From: a virus
Strand: one strand, 5' to 3'
Virus record (IMG/VR): IMGVR_UViG_3300030430_004991
Span: 1-64,000 of that record
DNA length: 64,000 bases
The notes below the pieces were generated by a model, which saw only the letters and a list, made by a program, of their open reading frames with translations, searched no databases and was not told the DNA's origin. This document shows positions 27,429 to 37,299 of this stretch, one piece after another. Positions within the stretch are counted from its first letter, which is position 1. Each line of letters opens with the position of its first letter. Both the position numbers and the translations under genes were made by a program.

Positions 27429-28349
27429 TTGGTTGTAAAAATTAATTTCATCTAAATCTGGCTCTATCGCTTGAGACATTCTAGATAGAAACTGTTTGCG
27501 TGTCATAGACCCTACATCTTCAACATTCGAAGTATCAATAATCTTGACATCGACATCGTATTTGAATAGGGACTTTATCATGTAGTCTTGCTTCTTCTTA
27601 GCATCTTCATCTAAAGCAAGATACACTGGGGAATCATTAAGAACAATCGCTTGAAATAGCTTACTCTCTTCGCGCAATGTTGAGCCAAGAATAGGAATTG
27701 CATTTTGTCCGGCGATAATTGCATCGAACAAACCTTCCACCAAGACAACCGGTTCATCCCAATCTACAAACAATTCATTAAACACAACGTTTTTACTTAT
27801 TGGAGGATTCAAGTACTTCATTCTGTGTCCTACATAAGAACGAGCAATAAAATAGTTGAGATTACCTGAGTTATTAAATGACGGCACAATTATTCTTCCG
27901 CGATAGCGTCCCTCAGGACAATACCCAATCTTCCACATAAGTATTTCTTTCTTGGTGATTCCTCTTTCGTATAGGTATTCCAAAGGCGCCTTAGAAGTCT
28001 TTGGCAGTCTTTTGTTACACAAAGACACGAAATGCGGTGGTAGTTCCGTAACTTGTTCGATTTCTTCATCATTCATCTCCATAAACATTTGGTCAAATTC
28101 AGAAAGATCTAGACGGCCATCGAGTTCTAGCCATTTTTGTTTTTGTTGATAAGTACCAAACTTTCGTACAAGTCTGTAAATATTTTTACCGCGCGTATCA
28201 CAAACCCAACATTTAAATGCATTAACACCAAAATTGATTGACATTTTCTTTTTATGATGTCCACAAAATGGACATTCAAATAAAAATTCACTTGATGATT
28301 GCCTATAGCCACCAAGAATGTCTCGTATAATTCTTAATTTTTCTTCCAT
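27414..28349 (-). CDS. DNA primase (DnaG/TOPRIM type)
   Basis: Zn finger CPFC..HH...CWVC, YLYERGI, RIIVPS, ARSY, KYLNP, and TOPRIM VLVEGLFD and ALDEDA. Confidence 0.88.
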   Translation of the reverse strand: MEEKLRIIRDILGGYRQSSSEFLFECPFCGHHKKKMSINFGVNAFKCWVCDTRGKNIYRLVRKFGTYQQKQKWLELDGRLDLSEFDQMFMEMNDEEIEQVTELPPHFVSLCNKRLPKTSKAPLEYLYERGITKKEILMWKIGYCPEGRYRGRIIVPSFNNSGNLNYFIARSYVGHRMKYLNPPISKNVVFNELFVDWDEPVVLVEGLFDAIIAGQNAIPILGSTLREESKLFQAIVLNDSPVYLALDEDAKKKQDYMIKSLFKYDVDVKIIDTSNVEDVGSMTRKQFLSRMSQAIEPDLDEINFYNQLAKI

Positions 28350-28369
28350 GTTTCCTCCGTCTCAAATAC

Positions 28370-28398
28370 ATATTATCACGGAGTCTAAAAATTGTCAA
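28370..28398 (-). promoter_or_regulatory. Sigma70-type promoter for the primase
   Basis: TTGACA-17 nt-TAATAT with extended -10 (CGTGA). The -35 overlaps the stop of the RuvC-like gene. Confidence 0.7.
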
Positions 28399-28910
28399 AT
28401 ATTTATTTTGGAAAATCCAGCCAATGCCACAACAATCGCATCTGCCATGTCATCTGTCCCGGGTTTAGGGTTTCCATGCCTAGTTAACTCTACTATAAAA
28501 TGTTTTGGATATTTATTTTCAACCCATTCAATAATTTTCTTTTTAGTATCTTCGCCACGCTTAATTTTGAGACCAACAAGGCCCCTAGCTTTATTCGCCG
28601 CGATAAGTTCTGGGTTACGGCCAAATACTCTACGAACTGCAAAAGAACACATGCCATTAAATCTCTGGAGTTTTGCCATGGTACCAGCAGTTGTTTTACC
28701 ACCACCAAACATTGTGAAAGGTTCTTCTACGAAAACGTTTTTAATTTTATACTCTTTACTAATACCTTTTAAGAATTGGAAAAAAATTTCTGCTCTGTCT
28801 TCTAACTGCAGGGGCTTAAACTTCATTACATTGTGTTCAATTAAATTCTTATCATAATCTAAAATACAATAACCTATTTTACTTGTGCTAACATCTAAAC
28901 CTAAAATCAT
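28395..28910 (-). CDS. RuvC-like Holliday junction resolvase
   Basis: ILGLDVSTSKIG, FVEEP and DDMADAIVVA: RNase H-fold acidic residues. Confidence 0.8.
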   Translation of the reverse strand: MILGLDVSTSKIGYCILDYDKNLIEHNVMKFKPLQLEDRAEIFFQFLKGISKEYKIKNVFVEEPFTMFGGGKTTAGTMAKLQRFNGMCSFAVRRVFGRNPELIAANKARGLVGLKIKRGEDTKKKIIEWVENKYPKHFIVELTRHGNPKPGTDDMADAIVVALAGFSKINI

Positions 28911-28926
28911 AAAAAACCTCTAATTT

Positions 28927-28955
28927 ATTATAACACGTTTTTATAGATTTGTCAA
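28927..28955 (-). promoter_or_regulatory. Consensus sigma70 promoter for the RuvC-like gene
   Basis: Perfect TTGACA-17 nt-TATAAT with extended -10 (CGTGT). Confidence 0.88.
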
Positions 28956-28958
28956 GTA

Positions 28959-29369
28959 TTATTTTGGGGGAACGTAAGGTTTTTCTTTCTGCACTAAACT
29001 TTCGGCCCATTTTAAATCCTCTGGTGATGCTTTTTTAAGAAAATCATCAATTGCCTTCAATAAATTTTGGGCATCTAAGTTTAATCTATCGGGTTTTTCA
29101 TTCTCAGGTGTTTTTGACACGATTTCCAAATCTTCTAGGGCCTTTGAGTATCCTATCGCTTTATCAATGTCTTTGGTTTTTTTTACTCTATTTTTTGCAA
29201 AAGCGTGTGCTACTTCAACTGTTTTAGCGTCATACCCCTCAACTCCGGCTTGTGCTGGTCTCCCAAGCATTCCGCCCATAGCCAAGCCACCAGCCAAAGC
29301 AATGTCTTTTAAGGACTCTTCTATTTTTTTTATAGTTTCCTTGTTTTCCTTTAAAATTCTTATTTTCAT
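28959..29369 (-). CDS. Hypothetical protein with MKIRILKE leader and hydrophobic segment
   Basis: MKIRILKENKETIKKIEESLKDIALAGGLAMGGMLG; AGGAG SD. Confidence 0.6.
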   Translation of the reverse strand: MKIRILKENKETIKKIEESLKDIALAGGLAMGGMLGRPAQAGVEGYDAKTVEVAHAFAKNRVKKTKDIDKAIGYSKALEDLEIVSKTPENEKPDRLNLDAQNLLKAIDDFLKKASPEDLKWAESLVQKEKPYVPPK

Positions 29370-29384
29370 TTTTTCTCCTACTAA

Positions 29385-30530
29385 CTAAATATCAAGTTTT
29401 AATTTAAAAGTATATTGCTTTTCCTCTGTCTTCCTAACGGGTGTTGCAACTTTTGCAATCCCAATAAGATTTTTGTCTGCGTCGTAAAGAGCAATTTTTG
29501 AAATATAAGTGGTCTTAATAAAATCAGGCTCTTTGTCTAAAAATTGAGAGTGTACAATATTTTTAATTTTCTTAGGTTGTTCAATGTATTGGACAGAGCC
29601 GGAAGTAACCCCTTGAACTTCTGAGGAGTCCAAGTACGTTGGGTTATTGGAATGATTCAATTGTCCATAGGGTGCCGTTGCTAACATTGTTAAGACTTGT
29701 GTGTGTGTCGTACCCTTATAATCGATAGCATAAGAAGCCGAAAGAGTTGTTGTTGCAATTGTGTTACCGTCATTTGCTCCATAGTTAAAGTGAATCCACT
29801 TAGAGTTTCCATTTGCATCTGTTTGAATTGTATTGCTATCTAGTGACCAAGAACCCGTAAGAACAAAAAATCCCTCTCTGTACAGACAAACACCCGCAAC
29901 AGAACCAGAACCAGTTGAGCCTTCGGGACCAACTTGAACCAACTCTCCGTTATAGTTTTTATCCTGTAGTTCTCCGACTAATGTACCAGTTACGTAATAT
30001 TTCAAAGAAATCGATCCTTTTTTAATTTTTGATCCATAAGTAATCGATGGAATTGAAATTAAGTTAACAATTTGAGAATTTTTGTCTCCTAAACTTGATG
30101 AGTATTGGTAGTGTGCCGAGTGTATACTATACTCATCTAAAGTGTTTTTTAATGCTAAAAGTTTTGATCTTGTAGCGGTATTATAATAGTATCTGGAGAT
30201 GCTGGCAGATAGATTGTAGGCGCCTGTGTCTGTCTCTCCAAAGAGGAGTGATGTGTTATACGAAGACTTACTTCTTGTTTTAAACGTTACTCTTTCGCCA
30301 TTTTTTACAATAAAAGGGTGAATTAAGTTACCTGTTGGGCGATCAATGTTATATTCATAAAGAGAGACAAAGCCTTTAGGGACACCAATTATGTTATCGG
30401 TGTTTGCACCAGATAGATGTGGCGTGCTGTTTATGTAAATCGAACCACTTTGTGTATAGAATCTATACTCTGGATATGCTTCTACCGTATTGATAAATAA
30501 ATCGTCTTCTTCAAATTTATAATAAGACAT
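29385..30530 (-). CDS. Tail/baseplate structural protein
   Basis: C-terminal ISKIALYD..NLIGIAK..P.RK..F.LKLD motif shared with the next gene; IKKGS and N.SNNPT motifs. Confidence 0.6.
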   Translation of the reverse strand: MSYYKFEEDDLFINTVEAYPEYRFYTQSGSIYINSTPHLSGANTDNIIGVPKGFVSLYEYNIDRPTGNLIHPFIVKNGERVTFKTRSKSSYNTSLLFGETDTGAYNLSASISRYYYNTATRSKLLALKNTLDEYSIHSAHYQYSSSLGDKNSQIVNLISIPSITYGSKIKKGSISLKYYVTGTLVGELQDKNYNGELVQVGPEGSTGSGSVAGVCLYREGFFVLTGSWSLDSNTIQTDANGNSKWIHFNYGANDGNTIATTTLSASYAIDYKGTTHTQVLTMLATAPYGQLNHSNNPTYLDSSEVQGVTSGSVQYIEQPKKIKNIVHSQFLDKEPDFIKTTYISKIALYDADKNLIGIAKVATPVRKTEEKQYTFKLKLDI

Positions 30531-30538
30531 GAGGCCCC

Positions 30539-31639
30539 CTAGTAGTCGAGGCGCACTCTGACTGTGAACTCTGTGTCTGATGACTTTTTAAGTGGCTCAC
30601 TGAGTTTAGCAGTTGCCAAAAGTTCGTTGTTATCATTGTAAAGCCCAACTGTTGTAATGTACGATACTGGAAGGTCAGAAGATTGAGTTTTCACTCTAAT
30701 CTTGCTTCCGGAAAGGTAAGTTGGATTTGTTGAATAGTTGTATTCATTGTGATTAATACGGCAGAAATATACTGTAGAGTTTAATTCCACTGTATTGTTG
30801 AACTGAAGGTTGTAGATTCTAGTCCTTAGATTGTCAGCAAAGCTATCGATTGTTGAGCCGGTTAGTACAGCGTTCAACGGCTCTGATGTTGATGAAGGTC
30901 CACTCATAGAAACATTGTGGAACGAATTATTTAGAATTCCACCAGCGGACGCTTGGTTAAAAATTGAACCAGAAATTACCGCGACACCGGCTTGATAAAA
31001 CAAGAGACCAACAGGATAGCGTTGATTGGCGGTAAGCATAGCACTAGATCCAGCAGATGCTGTGGCGTAAAGAATTCCATACTCACCAACTGGGGAGTTC
31101 ACAAAATAGCCGTCTGATCCACTAAAATCTGTTATTTTAATTCTATCAGTAAAAACTGCTCCATTCTCAGCATACGCTGGGGTAACCCCGAGTTCCAGTT
31201 CAAAAGTTCCTTTTTTGATTTCATCTTTCGAAAGAAGTCGGGAGTAGTTCATAAAGAAAACATTATCAAGTTTTGTGCCACCTACTATGATGTCACCGTC
31301 TTCATCAAATCGCTGAATAGATCCAGTGTGATCGTAACCAACAAGAACTTGAGCCATTTGATTATAAATGTTTAATTTTTTGGATGCTTGGTTTGCTACC
31401 GTCAGACTTGATTCGGCACCGATACCAACTGTGATGTCAAAAATGTGGTTTGCGGAAGAACTTAGGTAGGGATAGTCGTATACCGATTGAAACATACCAT
31501 GAGCATAATTCTTGATGTTCTCGGTACCATAGGTTCCAGAAACAATCGTACCAGTTAAAGGAATTGCTTCGTGAAGAAGTGTCCTTGTGTTTGCGACATC
31601 TTTTCCGATGTCTAATGATTTGTAAAAACTTTCAGCCAT
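30539..31639 (-). CDS. Tail/baseplate structural protein, paralog of 29385-30530
   Basis: IKKGT, NYSTNPTY and ITTVGLYND.NELLATAKLSEPLKK..VRLDY motifs. Confidence 0.6.
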   Translation of the reverse strand: MAESFYKSLDIGKDVANTRTLLHEAIPLTGTIVSGTYGTENIKNYAHGMFQSVYDYPYLSSSANHIFDITVGIGAESSLTVANQASKKLNIYNQMAQVLVGYDHTGSIQRFDEDGDIIVGGTKLDNVFFMNYSRLLSKDEIKKGTFELELGVTPAYAENGAVFTDRIKITDFSGSDGYFVNSPVGEYGILYATASAGSSAMLTANQRYPVGLLFYQAGVAVISGSIFNQASAGGILNNSFHNVSMSGPSSTSEPLNAVLTGSTIDSFADNLRTRIYNLQFNNTVELNSTVYFCRINHNEYNYSTNPTYLSGSKIRVKTQSSDLPVSYITTVGLYNDNNELLATAKLSEPLKKSSDTEFTVRVRLDY

Positions 31640-31649
31640 TATTTTCTCT

Positions 31650-32567
31650 CTATGAAATTATTGATTTAACGAAACGAACAGGGATGTCAACAGAATATCC
31701 AGTTTTCATCCCTGTGACTCTCACAACGGAGTCGATGTGCCTAACAGATTTGCCCTCTAAAGTTGATGTTCCACCCAATTCTGTGAAAAGGAAAGTGCTG
31801 GTGTTCAGATCAATCGAGGATCCAATTTTAAACTCTAGCCGAGTTCCGCGAGGACCGGCAATTGTTTGACTTTCTGCATTTCTGTCGTTTGTAATTTGTG
31901 TTACAAGTCCTACATCGACAGTATAAAAAGCTATGTTGTCATCGTCGATGTAATCCTCAGGCACCATCTCACCATCTTTAGTTGCTATCTTACCTAGACG
32001 GTTATCGATTTGTATAATATAAGAATCTTCAATCAAATCCGGATCTAAAGTTTGTTTTGGAGACACTTCTACTGAATCAACTCCTTGATCCAAGCGAATG
32101 TAATTATCTCCATCTAGAGACTCCCCAAAGATTACACCAATAACAGGTTCTCCGTTATTGTATCCTACCGCGTATAAATTTGCATTATTAGTTGATCCCT
32201 CTGTTTCTGCGTCGACAGCGACCACGAAGGTGCCCAAACTGTGCATTTTAGTATTGGTTCCCAATTGATTAATCTTAACCACAGGTAGGTACAGCAAATT
32301 TGTTGAAGAATATGAAACTAGTTTTGATTTCACAGACCCAGCATTGTCAGTAAATGCCTCTAAAACAGGAGTTTGAAGTATTTCAACATCATAGTAAGCA
32401 GACCCACTAGGATGCGTTGGATTGTATAATGTATAATTGATTTCATCATCTGCTAGTGCAAATTTTGTAATCTGAAAAGATCCATCTCCTTTAGCCAGAA
32501 GTTTTCTTCCGTGATCTGTTAGAACAGCGTCTAAAATAATATCACCGCTATTGTCTAGAAAGCCCAT
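31650..32567 (-). CDS. Tail/baseplate structural protein
   Basis: MGFLDNSGDIILDAVLTDHGRKLLAKG..ITKFALADDEINY N-terminus; AGGAG SD. Confidence 0.6.
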   Translation of the reverse strand: MGFLDNSGDIILDAVLTDHGRKLLAKGDGSFQITKFALADDEINYTLYNPTHPSGSAYYDVEILQTPVLEAFTDNAGSVKSKLVSYSSTNLLYLPVVKINQLGTNTKMHSLGTFVVAVDAETEGSTNNANLYAVGYNNGEPVIGVIFGESLDGDNYIRLDQGVDSVEVSPKQTLDPDLIEDSYIIQIDNRLGKIATKDGEMVPEDYIDDDNIAFYTVDVGLVTQITNDRNAESQTIAGPRGTRLEFKIGSSIDLNTSTFLFTELGGTSTLEGKSVRHIDSVVRVTGMKTGYSVDIPVRFVKSIIS

Positions 32568-32592
32568 GTATTTCTCCTATTATTATTCATAG

Positions 32593-32599
32593 TAAATAG
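32593..32599 (-). promoter_or_regulatory. Putative late promoter motif CTATTTA
   Basis: 26 nt upstream of ATG 32567. Confidence 0.6.
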
Positions 32600-32605
32600 T
32601 TTGTC

Positions 32606-34501
32606 TTAAATATTGTCCTTAATTAAATTAAACTTTACATTTAAATCAACGATTTTTCCTGTGTCTTTCGATTTAACTCTTATTTTAAATTTTTTGCCCC
32701 ACACTTTATCTGTTGCTGTCCCCAGAGTTAGATCATTTATTTTTTTCTTAAATGTTTGCATGTTCTCGATAGCTTCAGTTCTATCATTAAAAACTCTCTG
32801 CTGAAATGCTGGTTGAATTTGGAGCAAATTTTTAAATTTTTTATCATGTAGCATGTTTTCTGTTTCCAAAGCAATAACTTTGGAAATTACTTTAGATTTC
32901 TGTGCGTCTTTTATCAACTCAACTTCGTAGATTGGGGTTGGATTAGAAGGGACGCCCACGACATTTAATGCTCTAAAAATATAATAATACTTTTTATTTG
33001 GAATCACATTGTCTTTGAACACTATGGATGTTGAATTGATCTTGTTTTTAACATCCAAAGTTTTCATGTTTGCGAAATCTTCATATGATTTTGGCTTTTC
33101 TGGTGATCGAAATACTTCGAAAAGCCCATGTTGCATTTCGTATTCGAAGTCTATGTTCCCATCCAAGTCAGTTTTTACATCCGCTATCAAAGAAGCATCT
33201 TCTTCGGTTATTGGTATAAATTTAGCATTCATAGAAGAGTTATCTAGATCTAGATAAATTTTTACATAATTTTGTGCATTTGATTCGTTCATAAATTGTA
33301 CAAAAGGAGGAAGTTGAACTTTAGGCATGACTTTTATAAACTCTTCACCAAAATTGGCCAATGCTATTTTATAAGAGGGCCTAGATACAAAAGTAGCATG
33401 AACAGCGTCGTCTTTTTCTACTACTTCTGCCACTTCTGTCTGAATACCGTAGATTATGGTGTAAGCGACAAACTGGTAGCGATAGATGCTACCGTGTTTT
33501 ATTTGGTAATCAAAGTACTCTTTTAAATCCGTATCGAACATCCAAAAACTTTGTATCGGGGTTGTGCTACTTCCCAAAAACTTGTCGACCCTAAAAAAGA
33601 TAAATTCAGTATGACACTCTTCGTTTTGCAACACTTGAGCGAACGTTTTAATTAATTTTTTATTGTTTTTATGAAAAAAATTCTTAAGCAACACTCGATT
33701 GAAATTAGTGGAGATCTGATTTTGTGTTTTTTTATTTGGCCCTAAAATAATTTTATTATCAGTATTTGTTTCCAAGCGACCACTATCAATAATACCTAAA
33801 AGATCATGTAGTGTAAAAGTCGTTTGGTCATCTGAATTATTGACATTAAAATTTACGTCAATTGTATCAGTGTCAGAAATTATTCCGCCAAAAATCTCTT
33901 GTAAAAAATTTAGACGTCTCAAAACATCTCTAAGAAAATTTACAGATCCCTGCGTGTTTATTTGAAAATTATTATAGTAGCAAAATTCATTCAAAAACTT
34001 TTTTGACCGACTGGTCTCATATTGATCTCCAAACAAAATGTTTCTCATTTTTGCTTCTTCTCTTGTGGTTTTTAAATTTATAGATTGTTGCATGTTTGCA
34101 ACATCCATAATATACTTTTTTGTTATAGTGTCAGTCTTTAAACTTTTTAAAAAGTTAAACTGTTCATTTTCTGGATTGGTGTTCTCAATGTAATAAAGAG
34201 GCAAAGATAACTCTCCAACTTCTCTTATTAAATTTTCATACTGATTTGATGAATAATTATAAGTATTGTTTATTGTATAGCCTAAATGTAAAGTTGTATT
34301 ATGGTAATTTTTCAAACCATAGTTCTGTAAAAGCGCCACTACTTGAGTTTTTTGTTGTTTGCTTTGAGGTGAAAAACTTACTAATTCCACAACACTATCT
34401 CGATCTAAGATTTTTTTCTCAGATTTGTAGCTGATCTTTGTTTCTTTTACAAAGTTGAAAAAATCATTCTCTGCGGTATTTTTTAAATTAATTTTTGACA
34501 T
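32606..34501 (-). CDS. Hypothetical virion-cluster protein (possible Fn3-like C-terminal part)
   Basis: 631 aa. Y.YQ and DNVIPNKKYYYIFRA..PSNPT motifs. Confidence 0.55.
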   Translation of the reverse strand: MSKINLKNTAENDFFNFVKETKISYKSEKKILDRDSVVELVSFSPQSKQQKTQVVALLQNYGLKNYHNTTLHLGYTINNTYNYSSNQYENLIREVGELSLPLYYIENTNPENEQFNFLKSLKTDTITKKYIMDVANMQQSINLKTTREEAKMRNILFGDQYETSRSKKFLNEFCYYNNFQINTQGSVNFLRDVLRRLNFLQEIFGGIISDTDTIDVNFNVNNSDDQTTFTLHDLLGIIDSGRLETNTDNKIILGPNKKTQNQISTNFNRVLLKNFFHKNNKKLIKTFAQVLQNEECHTEFIFFRVDKFLGSSTTPIQSFWMFDTDLKEYFDYQIKHGSIYRYQFVAYTIIYGIQTEVAEVVEKDDAVHATFVSRPSYKIALANFGEEFIKVMPKVQLPPFVQFMNESNAQNYVKIYLDLDNSSMNAKFIPITEEDASLIADVKTDLDGNIDFEYEMQHGLFEVFRSPEKPKSYEDFANMKTLDVKNKINSTSIVFKDNVIPNKKYYYIFRALNVVGVPSNPTPIYEVELIKDAQKSKVISKVIALETENMLHDKKFKNLLQIQPAFQQRVFNDRTEAIENMQTFKKKINDLTLGTATDKVWGKKFKIRVKSKDTGKIVDLNVKFNLIKDNI

Positions 34502-37299
34502 CAGTAAGATCCTGGTGAAGTGTTTTGTCTGGATCCTCGATTAGGAGGACTTGAAGTAATTTGTTCAGTGGTTGCTTCATTATTCATTACCTGTGCTTGT
34601 TGTATCATTGGGTTGTTTTTTTGCACCACAGTATTTGAGTTCATAAACTCAAACGAAATTTCTTGTATAATATAAATAGGCAGTTCTTGTGGTGCTGCTG
34701 TAGTGTCCGTTCTAACACTTATGTCTTTATCGGACATTATAAAAAACGAATCAACAACAGAAACCTTTTTTTCGTCTGTTATTTTGAATATGTTATTTGT
34801 ATACGCCTGTAGAAAGCAAACAACCGGCTTAGATAAGGTCTCGAAATTGTTTAGCGACATCTCCTTGTAAATTGGCTTATTTAAGAGAACATTTTTCTGA
34901 CTATCCATTAAGAACCCATCGATATAAATTAATTTTTGAACCGAAAAATTATTCATTTCGTAGTAGTTTTTTGTTTTAGGGTTAGCCAATAAATCAGTAC
35001 CAGAAGAAATATAATTCGTTTTTGCGGCTGCTGATTGGCCATGTATCACAGCCTTCAGTTGATTGGGTAATTTTTGAGCCTCTGGGCCGGAAAGTTTTTT
35101 GGTATCTCCTAAGACAGCGGTAAAAGTTCTATTGTTTTGAAAACCAGAGAAAAAATCATGAAATTTTTCACTTGCAGCGGACTCGGTTTCAATGACATTG
35201 TAAGAGTCCGCCACTTCTGCGTAGGTTACAAATTGTTGATTTTCGCCTATTATCTCAGACGAATCTATAAATTGTGTATCTGATGTCTGCTGTTCAGTCG
35301 TAGCTTGTTCTACAGTGACACCTGTTTCCTCAGTTGTTGACGCACCAGAAGAAGTATCTCCCATTGGACGGATACCGAGTATTGTATTGTACAAACCATA
35401 CGGGGCTGTTGAATCAAGTCCAATTTTAAACAATTTTCTAGAGGTTTTTACATTAATTGGTGACCAATAAGTTGTCATGTAAGTGCTGGTATCGTTTAAT
35501 CCAAGATTTGTACTTTCGTCTAAATCAGGACTATCTATGCTTGGCTGTTGACTGAAGTTTTTATTCATTTGTTTAACGGCTTTTTCTCTTAAAAAACTTT
35601 TGCTGATGATTTTCATTTCTGCTAAAGTCGTAGAGTCCATGTAGCCAAAACCAATAGCATTCGAAGATGGCTGTACTATCCTGCTAAAGGTTTTAGAAAT
35701 TAAAATTCTAGCTGTTGTTTCACTTTTTGATGTGATGCTAACTTTTTGCCCGCCGGAAAAAGATTTGTAAGGATTATATTCCAAGAAAAATAAAAACTCT
35801 GAAAGTAAATCTTCATAATTTTTTTCAAATTGTTTCATGGATAGCATGGTGGCTGTTACGGGATTGATTAAAGTAAACATTTGCTCTGAAAGTTTTTGTT
35901 TTTCTGTATCTGAAATATCGTAAATGTAAGAATAATTTTCAACATACGTATCTATTACATCTTGTACGCCCTCAGTGTCTTCTACGGTGTATTTGCCTCT
36001 AGAAAATAAACCAACTAGTATTTTTAAATTTGATCTTGTTTGTTTTAAAACTGCAATAGTCTCAACTAAAAATTTGTAAGTTGGATCAGTAAATTGAAAA
36101 TCTACTTTGTATTGATAATCTCCAGGCGTAGTATCTGTTAATTCATAATCATTAAATTGAAATGTTCTAATTTCATTGCCGTATTCAAAAAATAACTCTT
36201 TAATCATAGCTATTTTTTTGTAATCACTTAATTCTTCTAAAAAAATCTCACCTTCTCTACGTGTTACATTATCCCTATTTGAACGAAGTTCCGGAACTAT
36301 CAAGTCAAATGGGCCGTTTCTTTCAAACCTTGTTGTATTGCGAAGAATAACACTATCACCTGTTTTTATAATGTTTTTTTTAGAAAAAACAGTTTGAGTT
36401 TGTTGTCTATTGTTGCGCTTAATTATTTTTACTCTTTGTCTTTGCACTGTCATCAAGTTAATCTTAAACGCCCCCAACAATCTTTGAAAAATTGACTTAC
36501 TTGCTCTATTTAAAAAGGAGCCAAATTTTGTATTACTTAGTAAAACTGTTTTGGTGTTCAACATAAAAAGTGCATTTATGTCAGTGTTTGAATTGTAGGA
36601 CACTAATAAATCACTAATAAAATTTTTTGTTTCTTGGTTTTTGTGTCTTCTTCTATTGTCAATAGCCCTATAATCTTTTAATTTAGTGTTTTGCACAGTT
36701 ATCTTATCCAGAGGCGAGTGGGCTTCATCAGTATGATAAGAGCCCACCATAAAATTGCCATTATGTGCATGCACAGGGCCAGGCCAAAATTCACCATTTG
36801 GTAAGAGAAAAGCCATTGTAGTATTTACAAGTTTAAAGTCTTTAAAAACTCTTTCTGATTTTATCGGTCCACTGTATGGTTTATCCAACGGAAGACCGTA
36901 ATTTTCTCCTAGTTTTTGTTTTTCAATAACACAAAAACAGTACAAATTTAAATGTTTAGTGTCTTTAGGTATGATTTTTTCAAAATGTAACTTAAAAACA
37001 AAATTATCATGCGACATCGATGGTCCGGGTAGAGATTTTGAATCATAATTAAGGTCACTTAGAGCAATGTTACCTATGTTTATTTCTTCACTAACACTCT
37101 CATCTAATGAAAAAAATAAGCCAACTTTCATCATTTTTGTTAACATCTCTGATGTATCATACCACATTGGGTTTTCTTTAGAATCATACACACACACTTT
37201 TACTGTTATTTTCATAGTTTTTGCATCATGATCAAAAACCTCTATTTCTTTAATAAATGCATTTGGTAAATTTTCAAATCCTACTAAATCTCTAGACAT
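34501..37299 (-). CDS. Large hypothetical virion-cluster protein
   Basis: ~932 aa, coupled to the upstream gene by TAATG. W.GPVH.H...M.G..H...H motif. Confidence 0.55.
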   Translation of the reverse strand: MSRDLVGFENLPNAFIKEIEVFDHDAKTMKITVKVCVYDSKENPMWYDTSEMLTKMMKVGLFFSLDESVSEEINIGNIALSDLNYDSKSLPGPSMSHDNFVFKLHFEKIIPKDTKHLNLYCFCVIEKQKLGENYGLPLDKPYSGPIKSERVFKDFKLVNTTMAFLLPNGEFWPGPVHAHNGNFMVGSYHTDEAHSPLDKITVQNTKLKDYRAIDNRRRHKNQETKNFISDLLVSYNSNTDINALFMLNTKTVLLSNTKFGSFLNRASKSIFQRLLGAFKINLMTVQRQRVKIIKRNNRQQTQTVFSKKNIIKTGDSVILRNTTRFERNGPFDLIVPELRSNRDNVTRREGEIFLEELSDYKKIAMIKELFFEYGNEIRTFQFNDYELTDTTPGDYQYKVDFQFTDPTYKFLVETIAVLKQTRSNLKILVGLFSRGKYTVEDTEGVQDVIDTYVENYSYIYDISDTEKQKLSEQMFTLINPVTATMLSMKQFEKNYEDLLSEFLFFLEYNPYKSFSGGQKVSITSKSETTARILISKTFSRIVQPSSNAIGFGYMDSTTLAEMKIISKSFLREKAVKQMNKNFSQQPSIDSPDLDESTNLGLNDTSTYMTTYWSPINVKTSRKLFKIGLDSTAPYGLYNTILGIRPMGDTSSGASTTEETGVTVEQATTEQQTSDTQFIDSSEIIGENQQFVTYAEVADSYNVIETESAASEKFHDFFSGFQNNRTFTAVLGDTKKLSGPEAQKLPNQLKAVIHGQSAAAKTNYISSGTDLLANPKTKNYYEMNNFSVQKLIYIDGFLMDSQKNVLLNKPIYKEMSLNNFETLSKPVVCFLQAYTNNIFKITDEKKVSVVDSFFIMSDKDISVRTDTTAAPQELPIYIIQEISFEFMNSNTVVQKNNPMIQQAQVMNNEATTEQITSSPPNRGSRQNTSPGSY

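Noticed and set aside
28395-28910. RuvC-like gene as a TnpB/Cas12 or transposase
   Set aside because: Only 171 aa, with no zinc ribbon, flanking repeats or array. The context fits a Holliday junction resolvase.
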